DNA of 64,000 nt from an uncultured Nitrospiraceae bacterium (GCA_963705105.1 CAVPIW010000009.1:96001-160000); one strand, 5' to 3'; positions 1-8,442 are shown, counted from the first letter of the stretch. Numbers and translations: made by a program. The notes: generated from the letters alone by a model not told the origin.

Positions 1-1701
1 GCGCCGTCCGCAGTCCTGCAGGTGGCCGACGCGAAAAACCTCAAAAGGTCCCTCCTCATCACGCTCCAACTCATCGAGATGGGCCTGCCTCTCATCCTCG
101 ACCTCAACATGATCGACGAGGCCATGGACAAGGGGATCACCATCGATCTTCAGGCACTCAGAAAAGAGCTCGGCATCGATGTCGTCAGCACCATCGCCCC
201 CCAGCGCAAGGGAATCAAAGAGCTGAGGGAGGCCATCGTGACGCCGCGGCGATCGTCTCTGACGTTCACCTACCATGAAACCATCGAGGCCCATGCGGCA
301 AAGATCGCCCGTCTCCTGCCCCAGACGAACATTTCGAAGCGCTCCGTCGCCCTCATGATCCTGTCAGAGGACGAAAGCCTCGGGGACTGGCTCAAAGCGC
401 ACGTCCGGCGCGATGTCCTCGCCCGGATCGAACAAATACGGGATGATTGCAAACTGAAGCTCAAAGAGAACATCGGCTACCTGATCAACAGGACGCGCAT
501 CGCCGTCGCCGGGGAGATCGCCGGTAAGTTAATCGAGAAAGCACCACCCGCGGGCGGGCAATTCCTCGTGCAGCTCGGCCGCCTGAGCATGCATCCCCTG
601 TACGGCATCCCCATCCTTGTCGCCGTTCTCTTTGCGCTCTTCCAGTTCGTGGGCGTCTTCGGCGCCGGCGTCCTCGTCGACTTCTTCGAGGACACGATCT
701 TCGGGCAATACCTGAACCCTGCGATCACAAAACTGGTCGAGGTTATCGTCCCCGCGGGGCTCTTCCGGGAGCTCCTCGTCGGCGAATACGGCCTCTTCAC
801 CGTCGCCCTGACATACGCCATCGCTATCATACTGCCGATAACGGCGACCTTCTTCGTCGCCTTCGCCATCCTCGAAGACAGCGGGTATCTGCCGAGGCTC
901 GCCATCATGAGCAACAGGATATTCAACCTGATCGGGCTGAACGGCAAGGCCATCCTCCCCATGATCCTCGGCCTCGGCTGCGGCACCATGGCCGTCATGA
1001 CTTCGCGCATCCTCGAAACGAAGAGGGACCGGATCATCACCACCTTCCTCCTCGCCCTCGCCATTCCCTGTTCCGCCCAGATGGGGGTGGTCCTCGGCAT
1101 GCTGAGCCTCGTTTCCGTAAAGGCGACCTTCGTCTGGATGGGCAGCATCCTCTCTATCCTCTTCTTCGCCGGATTCCTCGCATCGAAACTCGTCAAAGGA
1201 GAACGGACGGAGTTCTTCCTCGAGATCCCCCCGATCAGGAAGCCCAACGTCATGAACATCCTCGTCAAGACCGTCGGCCGGATCGAGTGGTACCTGAAGG
1301 AAGCCGTTCCGCTCTTCATGCTGGGCACCTTCATCCTCTTCGTGCTTCACAAGTTCGACCTCCTGACCCATCTCGAAAACTGGGCGTCGCCCGTCGTCGT
1401 CCACTTCCTCGGCCTTCCCGCAAAGACGACAGAGTCCTTCATCCTCGGCTTCCTGCGGAGGGATTACGGGGCCGCCGGCCTTTTCGTCATGGCGCAGCAG
1501 GGGCTGCTGAATCCCGTGCAGACCGTCGTGAGCCTCGTCACGATCACCCTCTTCGTGCCCTGCCTGGCGAACTTCTTCATGATCATCAAGGAGAGGGGGG
1601 TGATGACGGCCCTCTGGATCATCGGGATCGTCTTTCCCGTGGCGATACTCTTCGGGGGCCTCCTCAACTGGGTGCTTCTTTCATTGGGGGTAAGCCTGTG
1701 A
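1..1701 (+). CDS. feoB: Ferrous iron transport protein B (5' truncated by window edge)
   Basis: GTPase tail (LNMIDEA), LEDSGYLPRLA, LGLGC, IPCSAQ, FVPC motifs and multiple TM helices. Confidence 0.95.
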   Translation, partial: APSAVLQVADAKNLKRSLLITLQLIEMGLPLILDLNMIDEAMDKGITIDLQALRKELGIDVVSTIAPQRKGIKELREAIVTPRRSSLTFTYHETIEAHAAKIARLLPQTNISKRSVALMILSEDESLGDWLKAHVRRDVLARIEQIRDDCKLKLKENIGYLINRTRIAVAGEIAGKLIEKAPPAGGQFLVQLGRLSMHPLYGIPILVAVLFALFQFVGVFGAGVLVDFFEDTIFGQYLNPAITKLVEVIVPAGLFRELLVGEYGLFTVALTYAIAIILPITATFFVAFAILEDSGYLPRLAIMSNRIFNLIGLNGKAILPMILGLGCGTMAVMTSRILETKRDRIITTFLLALAIPCSAQMGVVLGMLSLVSVKATFVWMGSILSILFFAGFLASKLVKGERTEFFLEIPPIRKPNVMNILVKTVGRIEWYLKEAVPLFMLGTFILFVLHKFDLLTHLENWASPVVVHFLGLPAKTTESFILGFLRRDYGAAGLFVMAQQGLLNPVQTVVSLVTITLFVPCLANFFMIIKERGVMTALWIIGIVFPVAILFGGLLNWVLLSLGVSL

Positions 1702-2156
1702 GCGGAAAAGTCATGGCCCTGCCGCGCGACCAGTTCAGAGACTTCGCCGCGAAGAGGGGACTCAAGCTTACGAAGGAACGGAAAATGATTCTCGACGAGA
1801 TCCTCGACACGCAGAGCCACTTCGATCCCGAAGGCCTCTTCGTCCGGCTCCGGGGAAAGGGGTCGAAGGTCTCCCGGGCCTCGGTCTACCGCATGATCCC
1901 CCTGCTGCTGGAGAGCGGCATCATCGCAAAAGTGGAGAGGACGGACAAGCATGCACACTATGAGCGTGTCCTGGAGGGCTCCCACCATGATCACATGATC
2001 TGCCTGGGCTGCGGCGCCGTCATCGAGTTCTACTCGGCGCCTCTCGAAAGGCTCCAGGAACAAATCTGCAGGCGGGAGCGGTTCATCGGCCTCCGCCACA
2101 GCCTCGAAATCTTCGGTTATTGCGGGCAATGCGGCGATGCCCGCGGAGCGCCGTAG
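1698..2156 (+). CDS. fur: Fur-family transcriptional regulator
   Basis: GTG overlaps feoB TGA (alternative ATG at 1713); SRASVYR helix, HHDHMICxxC and C-terminal CxxC. Confidence 0.9.
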   Translation: MSGKVMALPRDQFRDFAAKRGLKLTKERKMILDEILDTQSHFDPEGLFVRLRGKGSKVSRASVYRMIPLLLESGIIAKVERTDKHAHYERVLEGSHHDHMICLGCGAVIEFYSAPLERLQEQICRRERFIGLRHSLEIFGYCGQCGDARGAP

Positions 2157-2165
2157 GAGAGGGGA

Positions 2166-2393
2166 GTGGAGAACGTCCTCCTCCTCATGTTCCTCGCCTT
2201 CGCCCTGAATGTCCCCTTCGGATATCTCAGGGCACGCTCGCGCAAGTATTCATTCCGCTGGTTCCTCTGGATCCACCTGCCCGTCCCCTTCGTCATCCTG
2301 AGCAGGCTCGCGACGTCGACGGATTACAGGATCATCCCCCTCCTCCTCATCGCTTCGCTGGCTGGACAATTCCTGGGCGGAAGGATAGAATGA
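2166..2393 (+). CDS. Small hypothetical membrane protein (75 aa)
   Basis: GTG start after GGAGAGG; hydrophobic segments; co-oriented with feoB-fur. Confidence 0.75.
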   Translation: MENVLLLMFLAFALNVPFGYLRARSRKYSFRWFLWIHLPVPFVILSRLATSTDYRIIPLLLIASLAGQFLGGRIE

Positions 2394-2394
2394 A

Positions 2395-2605
2395 CCTTAT
2401 CGTTGCATACGCTTTCCGAAAAGGCGGGGTGTATGCGCTGAAAACCTTGCTGCGGCGACACCTGTATCAAAACGAGAGATGAACTATACGCCAATGGTCG
2501 ATGACACAAAGAGTGGAATCCTGACACACGAAGCTGACAAGGCGTATCGTCGCCTTCAGCAAGGCTTTGAGGCGCTTCGCCCCGCCTTTTCATGCAACAG
2601 AACGG
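2395..2605. mobile_element. MITE-like element family A, copy 1
   Basis: ~211 bp, imperfect long terminal inverted repeats, TGAA duplicated on both flanks (2391-2394, 2606-2609); close inverted copy at 59099-59310. Confidence 0.8.
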
Positions 2606-2614
2606 TGAATTGAT

Positions 2615-3637
2615 ATGATTTCGAGTTACCTCGTCCGCCCCGGTCACATCGAACTGCGCGAAATCCCCACACCTGTCCCGTCCCGGGGAGAGGTGCTGGT
2701 CCGCGTCAGGGCCGCACTGACCTGCGGCACCGATCTCAAGGCCTTCCTGCGGGGACATCCCCTCATCCCGATGCCGGGCCCCTTCGGCCACGAATACGCC
2801 GGCATCGTCGCCGCCGCGGGAAAGGGCGTGCGGCGTTTCAGGGAAGGAGACGAGGTGATGGGAGTGCACACTGCCCCCTGCCGTGCCTGCATGTACTGCC
2901 GGAAGGGGCTCTACAACCTGTGTGAGCACATCATGGAAGACAAGGTCCTCGGCGCATTTTCCGAATACATCCTCCTGCCCGAAGGAATCGTCCGGCAGAA
3001 CCTCTTCCCGAAGCCCGCGGCCCTGCGCCATGAAGAGGCGGCGTGTCTCGAGCCGCTGTCCTGCGTGGTCCACGGCATGGAAGGGACCAGGATCAGGCAG
3101 GGAGACTATGCCTTTGTCATCGGCACGGGGGCCATCGGGCTGCTCCACCTCCTGCTCCTGAAAAACCTCGGCGCCCGGGTCATCGTGACGGGACTGGAAG
3201 AGGACCGCCTCGCCCTCGCCCGCGAACTCGGGGCTGACGACATAATCCCGCCGATGCCGCCGAAGGACCTGGAAGAGGCCGTGAAGGCCGTCTCGGGCGG
3301 TCCCGGCTGCGACGCCGTCTTCGAGTGCACGGGCCAGCCCGATGTCTGGCAGAACGCCGTGCATTATGTGCGGCGGGGGGGGACTGTTGTCCTCTTCGGC
3401 GGCTGCAGGGAGGGGACGTCCGTCACCTATGACACATACCGCCTCCACTATGACGAACTCACCATCAGGGGAGCGTTTCACTACACGCCTGCAAATGTCA
3501 GGAAAGCCCGGCAATTCCTGCTGAACGGACTGGCCGTTTCCCGGCTCATCAGCGGCGCCTGTCCGCTCGCTGAGCTGCCCGCCGCCTTCGGTAAACTGAG
3601 CAGGGGGGAAGGGGTCAAATATGCCGTGCTTCCTTAA
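2615..3637 (+). CDS. Zinc-dependent alcohol dehydrogenase (threonine/sorbitol dehydrogenase-like)
   Basis: CGTD, GHE, CxxCxxC-x7-C structural Zn site, GxGxxG Rossmann motif. Confidence 0.9.
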   Translation: MISSYLVRPGHIELREIPTPVPSRGEVLVRVRAALTCGTDLKAFLRGHPLIPMPGPFGHEYAGIVAAAGKGVRRFREGDEVMGVHTAPCRACMYCRKGLYNLCEHIMEDKVLGAFSEYILLPEGIVRQNLFPKPAALRHEEAACLEPLSCVVHGMEGTRIRQGDYAFVIGTGAIGLLHLLLLKNLGARVIVTGLEEDRLALARELGADDIIPPMPPKDLEEAVKAVSGGPGCDAVFECTGQPDVWQNAVHYVRRGGTVVLFGGCREGTSVTYDTYRLHYDELTIRGAFHYTPANVRKARQFLLNGLAVSRLISGACPLAELPAAFGKLSRGEGVKYAVLP

Positions 3638-4841
3638 GGGCTTCGGCCGTGCCTGTCTCGCGGCGCTCCGGGCGGCACTGCCCGCGCTGCTCTTCCTTTT
3701 TACACTTCTCCCGCCCGCCCAGGCGATAATCCCCGGCGTCGTTGCGCAGCAGAGGCAGGCCGTCGTGGCCGTATCGGTCCACAACAAACAGGGCGGGGAA
3801 GTCCTTTCACGGCCCGGCTTCATCATCGAGGGAACGGGCGTCATCATAGCAGGCTGTCCTGTTGTCGCCCGGTGGTTCGATTCCGGCAACGCCATCTATG
3901 TGAAGACTGCCGAGGGGCTGATCTATCCGATCGAATCGCTCATCTCCGAGCGGTGCGGCCGGAATATGGCCCTGCTGTCGGTCCGCGGGGCCGCCCTGCC
4001 GAAGGTAAGGCTCGCGTCGAACTACAAGGCGAAGAAAGGGGCCCGCGTCTTCATCGCATCTTTCCGCCCGGGAAAGGATGACGTCACGGAGGGCACGATA
4101 TCCGAAGTCCACAAGACCGGCGGATCCTTTGACCTGTCCTTTTCCGTCCCGCCGGAGAGGAGCGGCAGCCCCCTCTTTAATGAAAGGGGCGAAGTCATCG
4201 GCATCGTCGCGGTGACGCCCGGCAAGGGCGGCGTGGCGGCCGTCACGGTCGTCCCCGTCTCTGACATCATCGCAGAGATAAAAGCTCACAGCCAGGCCAT
4301 CGCCAAAATAGCCCGTCTCCGCCAGCTCTACCCTCCTCCGCCTCCCCAGGCCCTGCCTGATGAAGTGCCTGCCAGGGAAGTGACGGAGGAGATGCCGAGT
4401 GACCCCCGGTCGCTGTTCCTGAGGGGATGCGCCCTCGAAGATACCCGCAGGTACACGGAAGCCATCGAATCATTCAGGCGGGCCATTGCGTTGAGGCCGG
4501 ACTTTGCCGAAGCCCATGTCCAGCTCGGTGTCACGTACTATAAGCTCGGGCGGTACGAAGATGCGATCGCGGCGTATTACGAAGCGCTCAGGCTCAAACC
4601 GGACGACCAGTCCGTCTACATCAAGATCGCCTCGTCCCATATCATCCTTGAACAGCACAACTTGGCGATCTCCGTACTCAAGCAGGCCCTGTACCGTTTT
4701 CCCATGAGTCCCGACCTGCACTTTCAGCTCGGCCTGGCGTACCACCTCAACAACGAGCGGGCCGAGGCCTTCCTCGAATACGCCGCCCTCAAGAAGATCA
4801 ATCCCAAGATGGCCGAACGCCTGCTCGACCTGCTGAACTGA
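3621..4841 (+). CDS. Secreted trypsin-like domain plus TPR-repeat protein
   Basis: Signal peptide; SGSPLFNERGEVIGI trypsin-like motif; Pro-rich linker; C-terminal TPRs. Confidence 0.8.
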   Translation: MPCFLKGFGRACLAALRAALPALLFLFTLLPPAQAIIPGVVAQQRQAVVAVSVHNKQGGEVLSRPGFIIEGTGVIIAGCPVVARWFDSGNAIYVKTAEGLIYPIESLISERCGRNMALLSVRGAALPKVRLASNYKAKKGARVFIASFRPGKDDVTEGTISEVHKTGGSFDLSFSVPPERSGSPLFNERGEVIGIVAVTPGKGGVAAVTVVPVSDIIAEIKAHSQAIAKIARLRQLYPPPPPQALPDEVPAREVTEEMPSDPRSLFLRGCALEDTRRYTEAIESFRRAIALRPDFAEAHVQLGVTYYKLGRYEDAIAAYYEALRLKPDDQSVYIKIASSHIILEQHNLAISVLKQALYRFPMSPDLHFQLGLAYHLNNERAEAFLEYAALKKINPKMAERLLDLLN

Positions 4842-4902
4842 GACGCACAGGATAGCGGCGCAAAGCGTCTCAGGGTCCTGCTAATAGCGGCAATGCTCCT
4901 CC

Positions 4903-5070
4903 GGGAAGGCAGATATGGTTCAACGCCTTTCCAATGCGATGATAAGACATCTCAGGGTGTTCAGCGCCTGTTGCCTGACGGGCTTGTGGTATCAACAGAC
5001 ACGGCAAAGGGTGGTCTGGGGATGAACAAGGTATCTTAGCGGAAAGGCCTTTCACCACATCAGCCTTCCC
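4903..5070. repeat. Palindromic/MITE-like element family C, copy 1
   Basis: 168-bp core with ends GGGAAGGC(A/T)GAT(A/G)TGGT; inverted copy at 31134-31301. Confidence 0.8.
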
Positions 5071-5113
5071 GCCCGCATGTTCTCGGCCTTGTTCTAAACT
5101 GACGACTGCCGGA

Positions 5114-5854
5114 TTATGACTCTTGTGGCGCGATTGCTTGCTTCTTTTTCGTTTTTCTGCTGCCGCTCATGATGTTCAATGTTTCGACAAAAGCGGAGAA
5201 AGCCATGGCGAAGTAGATGTAGCCCTTGGGAAAGTGGAATTCCAGCCCCTCCGCGACGAGCGTCACTCCCACCATGAGGAGGAAGCTCAGGGCGAGCATC
5301 TTCAGGGACGGATGGCGGAGGATGAAGGCGCCGATCGTCCTGGACGAAAAGAGCATGAGGAGCATGGCGATGATGATTGCCGTGATCATGACCCCCAGTC
5401 GCTGCGCCATGCCGATGGCGGTGATGACCGAGTCGAGGGAAAAGACGATGTCGAAGAGGACGATCTGCGTGATCACCGCGGCGAAGGACGTCTTCAGCGT
5501 GCGGTGCACCTCCTTGCCCTCCGGCTCGAAGGCGTTGTGGATCTCGTGCGTGCCCTTATACAGCAGGAAAAGTCCTCCACCGACAAGGATGAGGTCACGG
5601 ACGGAGAAGTCTCTGCCGATCAGTGAAAAGAGCGGCGCCGTCAGACCGGCGAGCCAGGCGATACTCAGCAGCAGCAGCAGCCGTGTGATGAGCGCGAGAC
5701 TCAAACCCGTCATGCGGGCGGTCTGCTGCCTCTCTGCGGGCAGTTTGTTCGCAAGAATCGAAATGACGACGATATTGTCGATGCCGAGAATGATCTCCAG
5801 CGCCGTCAGCGTAATCAGGCTCGCCCATAACTGGGAATCGAAAATCCAATCCAT
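5114..5854 (-). CDS. TerC-family membrane protein (probable Mn2+ homeostasis)
   Basis: LEIILGIDN and DIVFSLDSVITAIG TerC motifs. Confidence 0.92.
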   Translation of the reverse strand: MDWIFDSQLWASLITLTALEIILGIDNIVVISILANKLPAERQQTARMTGLSLALITRLLLLLSIAWLAGLTAPLFSLIGRDFSVRDLILVGGGLFLLYKGTHEIHNAFEPEGKEVHRTLKTSFAAVITQIVLFDIVFSLDSVITAIGMAQRLGVMITAIIIAMLLMLFSSRTIGAFILRHPSLKMLALSFLLMVGVTLVAEGLEFHFPKGYIYFAMAFSAFVETLNIMSGSRKTKKKQAIAPQES

Positions 5855-5882
5855 ATATGCCTCCTAATAGTTCATCCTGCAC

Positions 5883-5935
5883 AAAAAAAGCGAGAGTCGT
5901 CAGCATGACACCGGGTCATGCTGAAGCTCTCGCTT
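5883..5935 (-). terminator. Intrinsic terminator forming the riboswitch expression platform
   Basis: Minus strand AAGCGAGAG...CTCTCGCTT hairpin followed by a T run; overlaps the aptamer 3' strand. Confidence 0.8.
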
Positions 5936-6018
5936 ACTGGTCTGATTTCAGCCAATGACAAGGCCAGGTGTTCCCACCGGCATGTTGACCCTGCCTGAAT
6001 AGCTACTCCGCTTCAGCA
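5919..6018 (-). ncRNA. yybP-ykoY (Mn2+) riboswitch
   Basis: Minus strand TGCTGAAGCGGAGTAGC...GTCAACATG...GGCC...AGCGAGAGCTTCAGCA with closing P1 helix, directly upstream of a TerC gene. Confidence 0.85.
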
Positions 6019-6188
6019 GAGAAATTTTACCAGTCTTTCCCCGTTCAAATCAAGCCGGGACGTGAACCGCCACGGACGACACACCTTGCAGTTTCATGGA
6101 AAAGGCAGGGATGAAACGGACCTGCTCTGGGAGAGATATTTCACTTCCCGGCAAGTTCTTTCAGGGCAGATTTGTACTGTGAGATAAA

Positions 6189-6212
6189 ATCCGGTGCACG
6201 CCGTTGTTCGCT
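6189..6212 (-). mobile_element. Truncated attC site (R'' and L'' half only) of the TA cassette
   Basis: AGCGAAC-AACGG-CGTGCACC-GGAT directly after the toxin stop; parallels the intact attC; no L'/R' half found. Confidence 0.7.
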
Positions 6213-6470
6213 TCAACGATATACTTCCTTTCTATGGCCAACCTTCACGACCCATACCGTAAGCTCTCTGTCTTGAATGGAATAGACAATTCTATACCGA
6301 CCCTGACGAATACGGTATCTCTCTTTGCCTGTCAGTTTTTCGTGCCCCTGTGGTCTGGGGTCTTCGGCCAGAGCCTCTATGCGACGAAGGATCTTTCGGA
6401 GGTCTTTCTTCGGTATGGTGCCAAAATCTTTTTCAACCGACTCTTTGAAATAGACCCTATATTCGGCCAT
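6213..6470 (-). CDS. relE: RelE/ParE-family toxin
   Basis: 85 aa; YRIRQGRYRIVY and VVKVGHRKEVY motifs; overlaps antitoxin. Confidence 0.92.
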   Translation of the reverse strand: MAEYRVYFKESVEKDFGTIPKKDLRKILRRIEALAEDPRPQGHEKLTGKERYRIRQGRYRIVYSIQDRELTVWVVKVGHRKEVYR

Positions 6471-6690
6471 CTTTCTTTAGTTTCTTAACCATTTCGTCAT
6501 AACTGATCAACGGTTCTTTAGCCCTTTCTTCAAATGCCGTAATGTCCTCAGCGTCTTCCGCCAGAGCTTCCCTAACGGCGTCGTTGACAAGTTCGGATAC
6601 TGACCGGGATGTCTCTACTGCTTTTAGTCTCAAAGCCTTATGTAGATCCGGGTCCAAGTATACTGTAGCCCTTCTGGCTGCTGTTGCCAT
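6457..6690 (-). CDS. Ribbon-helix-helix (CopG-like) antitoxin
   Basis: RATVYLD...SVSELVNDAVREAL RHH pattern, acidic C-terminus, upstream of toxin. Confidence 0.88.
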   Translation of the reverse strand: MATAARRATVYLDPDLHKALRLKAVETSRSVSELVNDAVREALAEDAEDITAFEERAKEPLISYDEMVKKLKKDGRI

Positions 6691-6716
6691 GATATCACCT
6701 CCACTGTGGCTAAGTA

Positions 6717-6745
6717 ACTATAGCATTAAGACGCTATGACGTCAA
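6717..6745 (-). promoter_or_regulatory. Sigma-70 promoter inside the TA cassette
   Basis: TTGACG-17 nt-TATAGT with overlapping ATAGC/GCTAT inverted repeat (possible operator). Confidence 0.7.
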
Positions 6746-6763
6746 AGAACGGTCTTTCTTGAA

Positions 6764-6824
6764 AGCGAACGCCACGCATCACCGGTGCCGCGGAGCGGCA
6801 TCCACGTGCATGCGCTTGTTCGGC
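6764..6824 (-). mobile_element. Integron attC site (61 bp)
   Basis: R'' GCCGAAC, 5-nt spacer, L'' CATGCAC with extra base, inner hairpin TGCCGC-TCC-GCGGCA, L' GGTGATG, 6-nt spacer, R' GTTCGCT. Confidence 0.88.
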
Positions 6825-6851
6825 ACCTCCTGCTCGATGAGGTGTCCCGTC

Positions 6852-7328
6852 TCAACCTTTCTCCATTGCTTTTGCCTTCGCTCCGGCAGTCCAGATCCGA
6901 TAACGCACCTCAACGCCTTCGGGTACATAGACCACGATGGGCAAACGGCTGTTGTATCGGATGAGATAGGGATCACCGCCAAGCGTGATAAACCGGGCCA
7001 CTTTCGGCGCGTTTGGATCGATTGCCATAAGCGTGCCTGCCATCGGCCCAAGCTTGCTGACAATGTAACGTGGGAATCCCCACCCCTGGATGGTTTCTTC
7101 CTCGATTGTCCCGCCGAAGAAGTAATTGTTCTTCTCGTCAACGTGAACTGTCTTTCCGACGATCAGCTCCACTTTGAAAGCGGATTCGTCATCTTGTGTC
7201 GGAAGTTGCAAGACATATCGAACCTTGCCCTGATCCGCTGGGGGAAACGCCTTCATGTTGTCCTTCGCGTAGGCAGGCAACATTGAAGAGAGTAGCAAGA
7301 CTGCAATCAATGAACACATCTTTTTCAT
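6852..7328 (-). CDS. eco: Ecotin-family serine protease inhibitor (gene cassette)
   Basis: Signal peptide; KVELIVGK, GWGF, GTLMA, RYNSRLPIVVYVPEGVEVRYRIW ecotin motifs. Confidence 0.92.
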   Translation of the reverse strand: MKKMCSLIAVLLLSSMLPAYAKDNMKAFPPADQGKVRYVLQLPTQDDESAFKVELIVGKTVHVDEKNNYFFGGTIEEETIQGWGFPRYIVSKLGPMAGTLMAIDPNAPKVARFITLGGDPYLIRYNSRLPIVVYVPEGVEVRYRIWTAGAKAKAMEKG

Positions 7329-7341
7329 GTTATCTCCTCAT

Positions 7342-7375
7342 GCCGAACATTACTCTTTAGTTGCCGACTGCTTTT
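7342..7375 (-). mobile_element. attI-like primary recombination site
   Basis: Minus strand GCAGTCGGCAACTAAAGAGTAAT-GTTCGGC; GTTCGGC is the exact complement of the ecotin attC R''; site is not palindromic. Confidence 0.6.
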
Positions 7376-7381
7376 TTTCAC

Positions 7382-7410
7382 ATCATATCGAAAATGCGAG
7401 GGCGAGTCAA
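7382..7410 (-). promoter_or_regulatory. Sigma-70 promoter reading into the cassette array (Pc-like)
   Basis: TTGACT-17 nt-TATGAT. Confidence 0.75.
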
Positions 7411-7542
7411 GCAAAAGACAGGTTTTCGGGCATTCTGGGGACAGAGCAGCCGTCTTATATGACCGAAAAGGTATATTATACGGTCATAACAACGAGAATT
7501 TATTATTCCAGGATTGTCTGTCTCAAGCGACGATCATGTGCC

Positions 7543-7962
7543 TTATTCCTCTCCGGGATAATGGAAAGACCTGAGGCTCTTCTTTTCGGAAATGTGCGCT
7601 TTGTCGGCGAGCACCTTTTCCTTTGCCCTCTTGGAGCGTTTCCGTTTCTGGCGCCGGATCTTCTCGATCCGCTGCCGCTCGGCGCTCTCCTCTCCTTTCC
7701 GGATTTCCTCAATCTTGTTCGTCAGGAGCACCCGTGCCCGGTAACGGTTCAGGCCCTGCGAGCGCTCTTCCTGGCACTTGACCTCGAGGCCCGTCGGCCG
7801 GTGCTTGAGGTAGACGCAGGTCGAGACCTTGTTGACGTTCTGTCCTCCCCTGCCCCCGGAACGGACAAAACTCTCCTCGATGTCCTCCTCACGGATGTCC
7901 AGGGACTCCATCCTCTCCCTGAGGGACTTTTCCTTCGCCTCTGAAACCGGGAATATGCTCAT
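7543..7962 (-). CDS. arfB: Peptide chain release factor-like ribosome rescue protein (ArfB/RF-1 domain)
   Basis: RSGGRGGQNVNKVST GGQ motif, CQEERSQGLNR, basic C-terminal tail. Confidence 0.85.
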   Translation of the reverse strand: MSIFPVSEAKEKSLRERMESLDIREEDIEESFVRSGGRGGQNVNKVSTCVYLKHRPTGLEVKCQEERSQGLNRYRARVLLTNKIEEIRKGEESAERQRIEKIRRQKRKRSKRAKEKVLADKAHISEKKSLRSFHYPGEE

Positions 7963-8097
7963 GTATGTGCTCCCTCGTATCTCTATGTATGAATAGGCGG
8001 GAATGACGTTGATGTCGTCATTCCTGCGCACCCCGCAGTGCCATAACAGGGTCTGCAGCGCACTTCAATGCCTGACGGCACTGTTCCGAATCGATGA

Positions 8098-8442
8098 CTA
8101 AAGAAAGATGAACGCATAGGGTTGAAATACGTTCGGACAATCCTGAGACAAGATTGTAAGGGCCTTGGCGATTCTTGCCGGTTGATTGCCCGGGTAAGAT
8201 CGGGGGATTATGATGATGCCATGGTGAGGGCGGCCTTCATGAAAATAGTACTCCGTGAGCATAAGGAAATCGTTTCGGTTGCGGGTCATGACACAGCGCC
8301 CCTGACGGGCAGCCTCATCAAGCACCTCCTGATCTTCCGCGCCGGACAGGCCGATCTCTCTGACATGAACAGCGTCGACACCTTCGGCTCTCAGGATAAC
8401 GGCAATTTCATCACTTAAATCCTCATCGACAAGGACCTTCAC
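8098..8442 (-). CDS. DUF5615-family PIN-like toxin
   Basis: xKVLVDEDL...D.EVL...TRNRNDF PIN-like pattern; coupled to DUF433 gene. Confidence 0.85.
   Translation of the reverse strand: MKVLVDEDLSDEIAVILRAEGVDAVHVREIGLSGAEDQEVLDEAARQGRCVMTRNRNDFLMLTEYYFHEGRPHHGIIIIPRSYPGNQPARIAKALTILSQDCPNVFQPYAFIFL

Noticed and set aside
2324..3895. 523-aa minus-strand ORF
   Set aside because: Antisense shadow spanning the dehydrogenase gene and a MITE
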